Shown here: positions 62,385 to 64,000 of the stretch, one piece after another
Layout of the letters: every line of letters starts with the position of its first letter
Numbering within the stretch: position 1 is the stretch's first letter
DNA from: Klebsormidium nitens
Taxonomy: Eukaryota > Plantae > Klebsormidiophyceae
NCBI GenBank assembly: GCA_000708835.1
Contig: DF237433.1
Span: forward strand, 1 to 64,000
Length of the DNA: 64,000 bases
Direction of reading: 5' to 3'
Notes under the pieces: model-generated
The model's input: only the letters and a program-made list of their open reading frames with translations
Told to the model about the DNA's origin: nothing
Database searches by the model: none
Program-made: the position numbers and the translations under genes

Positions 62385-64000
62385 ATGGCGCGAAGCCGGC
62401 CTTGCGGTCGGTCTAAGTCTGATCACAGGGTCTGCCAGGCTGCTCGCTTTGCACGAGCTGCGGAGTATAGGAAGCGCGTCGAAATCAGTGCAGAAAGGCA
62501 AGCGTTTCTGATCGCTGCTGTCAATGCGCAGAGCGATGACATACCTGCCCCTGGCCGCCGGCGGTGCCAAAGGTCAGAGCGATTGAAGAATGAGGGGCAG
62601 CCTGCTCGTAAGGGTTTACTTGGCCGGCGCTTCACCGCTGCTGGCCAGAAAGCAAAGCGGCAGGATCCGCGAGTACTCAAAGATGTTTTAGATTGCGTCG
62701 CGGAACACGGTGAGCAGAAGGCAATTTGTTTGATTCTTCAAATGCCAACTCTTAAGGTCAGGGGATATTTGATTGCTGGCCCTGCAAGCAGGTGTATCAA
62801 GGCTTGTTCTAACTTCTTCGAGTAACAGTAGGACATCTAGAGATCTTTTGGTTTCAGGAAAGGTGTGTTGTTTAGAACTTCGGATTCACAGTGGGTCAGA
62901 GATTCCGCAATCAACGCCAACCAGAGAAACTTTGGTGGCATGGCTGGGCGTGTGTAGAGAAGTGTACCAAGTTCTGGCCAATTCTTTCTAAAGATAACAA
63001 TAGGCCATTTCTTGGTACAGCGCCAGAAGTTGGTGGCATGGCTGGGTGTGCGTTGAACATGGTACTAGGTTTGAACCACTTATTCTAGAAGAGAACAATG
63101 GCGCCAAAAGCTTGAGGCAGGACTGGGCATGTGTAGGCAGCAGTATCAAGAGTTGACCAGTTAACAATGGATCATTTCTTGGTACCGCGCCAAGACTTGA
63201 TGGCATGGCTGGGCGTGACTTGGGAATGTACCAGGTTTTGACCACTTATTTCCAAACATAACAGTGACACCAAGAGTTGATAGCATGCCAAGGCGTGCAC
63301 ACGGAAGTGAACCAAGTTCTGACCCGTTCTTTCTCGAGATGATTATGGGTCACTTCTTGCTACAGCTCCCAAAACTGATGGCATGGCTGGGAAGTGTACC
63401 AAGTTCCGGCCAATTCTTTCTTTAGATAACAATGGGCCGATTCTTGGTACAGCGCAAAAACTTGATGGCGTGCCCGGTTCTGCAGGCAGGTGTATGCGGT
63501 AGGAATAATAGCCCTGATTTTCTTTGCCTTCATCTCTTTTCCAGACCCACATGGCATCCATTGCTGCGAGTGCAATACGGCCGCAGAGTTTGGGCTTCGT
63601 GGGAGCAAGAACGGAGGGAACGTCAGATACTGTTGCGAGCGCCACGGCCCAACGGAGGGTTGTTTCCATATCGACAGGGATCGCACAGGTAAGAGGAGAG
63701 ACACACACCTTGCTTGTGCGCAGAAAACCCGCCAAGTCAACCTTGATCGTGCAGGTCTTTGCATAGCTGCAGCCCGTGGCAGCCTCCCATTGAGCGTGCC
63801 ATTTCATCATTGCAGCATGGGTTCAGGGCCGCGAGAAGACGCGACGGAAGGCAAACGCTGCCTGTCTGGAACGCGAGCAGCATCGGAAGGGATCTGGGTC
63901 ACTTGCTGCTCTTTGGTCACGGCCAGCAACGGCAGGTGAGCGCCCAGAATTGTCAAAGGGACTGGATTCAAGATTGTGCAAGGCCGAAGGTCGCATTCTC
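62385..64000 (+). CDS. Paralogue of the N-terminus of the 53914 gene, running off the window; exons 62385-62709, 63545-63688, ~63817-63936
   Basis: MARSRPCGRSKSDHRVCQAARFARAAEYR versus MARGRPHGRSKSDHRVCQEARHARAAEYR; same phase-1 donor; a 144-nt Cys exon (HCCECNTAAEFGLRGS..YCCERH) of the same length as in copy 1. Confidence 0.7.
62900..63500. repeat. Tandem ~85-120 bp repeats (ttcttggtac...tggcatggctggg...gtaccaagtt) in intron 1 of the paralogue
   Basis: tggcatggctggg at about 62936, 63035, 63200, 63379, plus more diverged copies. Confidence 0.8.

Overview
Eukaryotic, intron-rich (GT-AG) genomic DNA. The gene content and style suggest a green alga such as a Klebsormidium-like streptophyte (inference only). 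There is one assembly gap (25698-26100). Layout: (1) 1-2.9 kb, the spliced 3' part of a KDZ-type transposase. (2) About 3.0-19.7 kb, a virus-like endogenous island with an intronless PrimPol+D5 primase-helicase split by one in-frame TAA, two tandem tyrosine-recombinase-like genes, an MC1-like DNA-binding gene and two families of internal repeats. It also holds a second PrimPol+D5 gene that reads through only after removing four canonical spliceosomal introns. No capsid, packaging ATPase or DNA polymerase gene was recognised. (3) A Crinkler/RHS-type NTPase+REase gene flanked by direct repeats. (4) An LRR ectodomain gene apparently spliced to an XK-like membrane domain. (5) A 10-exon FAD monooxygenase whose introns are filled with degenerate copies of the neighbouring exon ends. 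(6) A convergent pair of coiled-coil/BTB genes and three tandem membrane-protein paralogues. (7) A ~1220-aa spliced gene with a basic region, a Cys/His motif, a 2A-like GGIERNPGP, a ubiquitin-like LRLRGG and a CR-type NTPase+REase, followed by the start of a paralogue. Gene models were built by hand from splice signals and frame checks. Family names come from motif recognition only; no database search was run.
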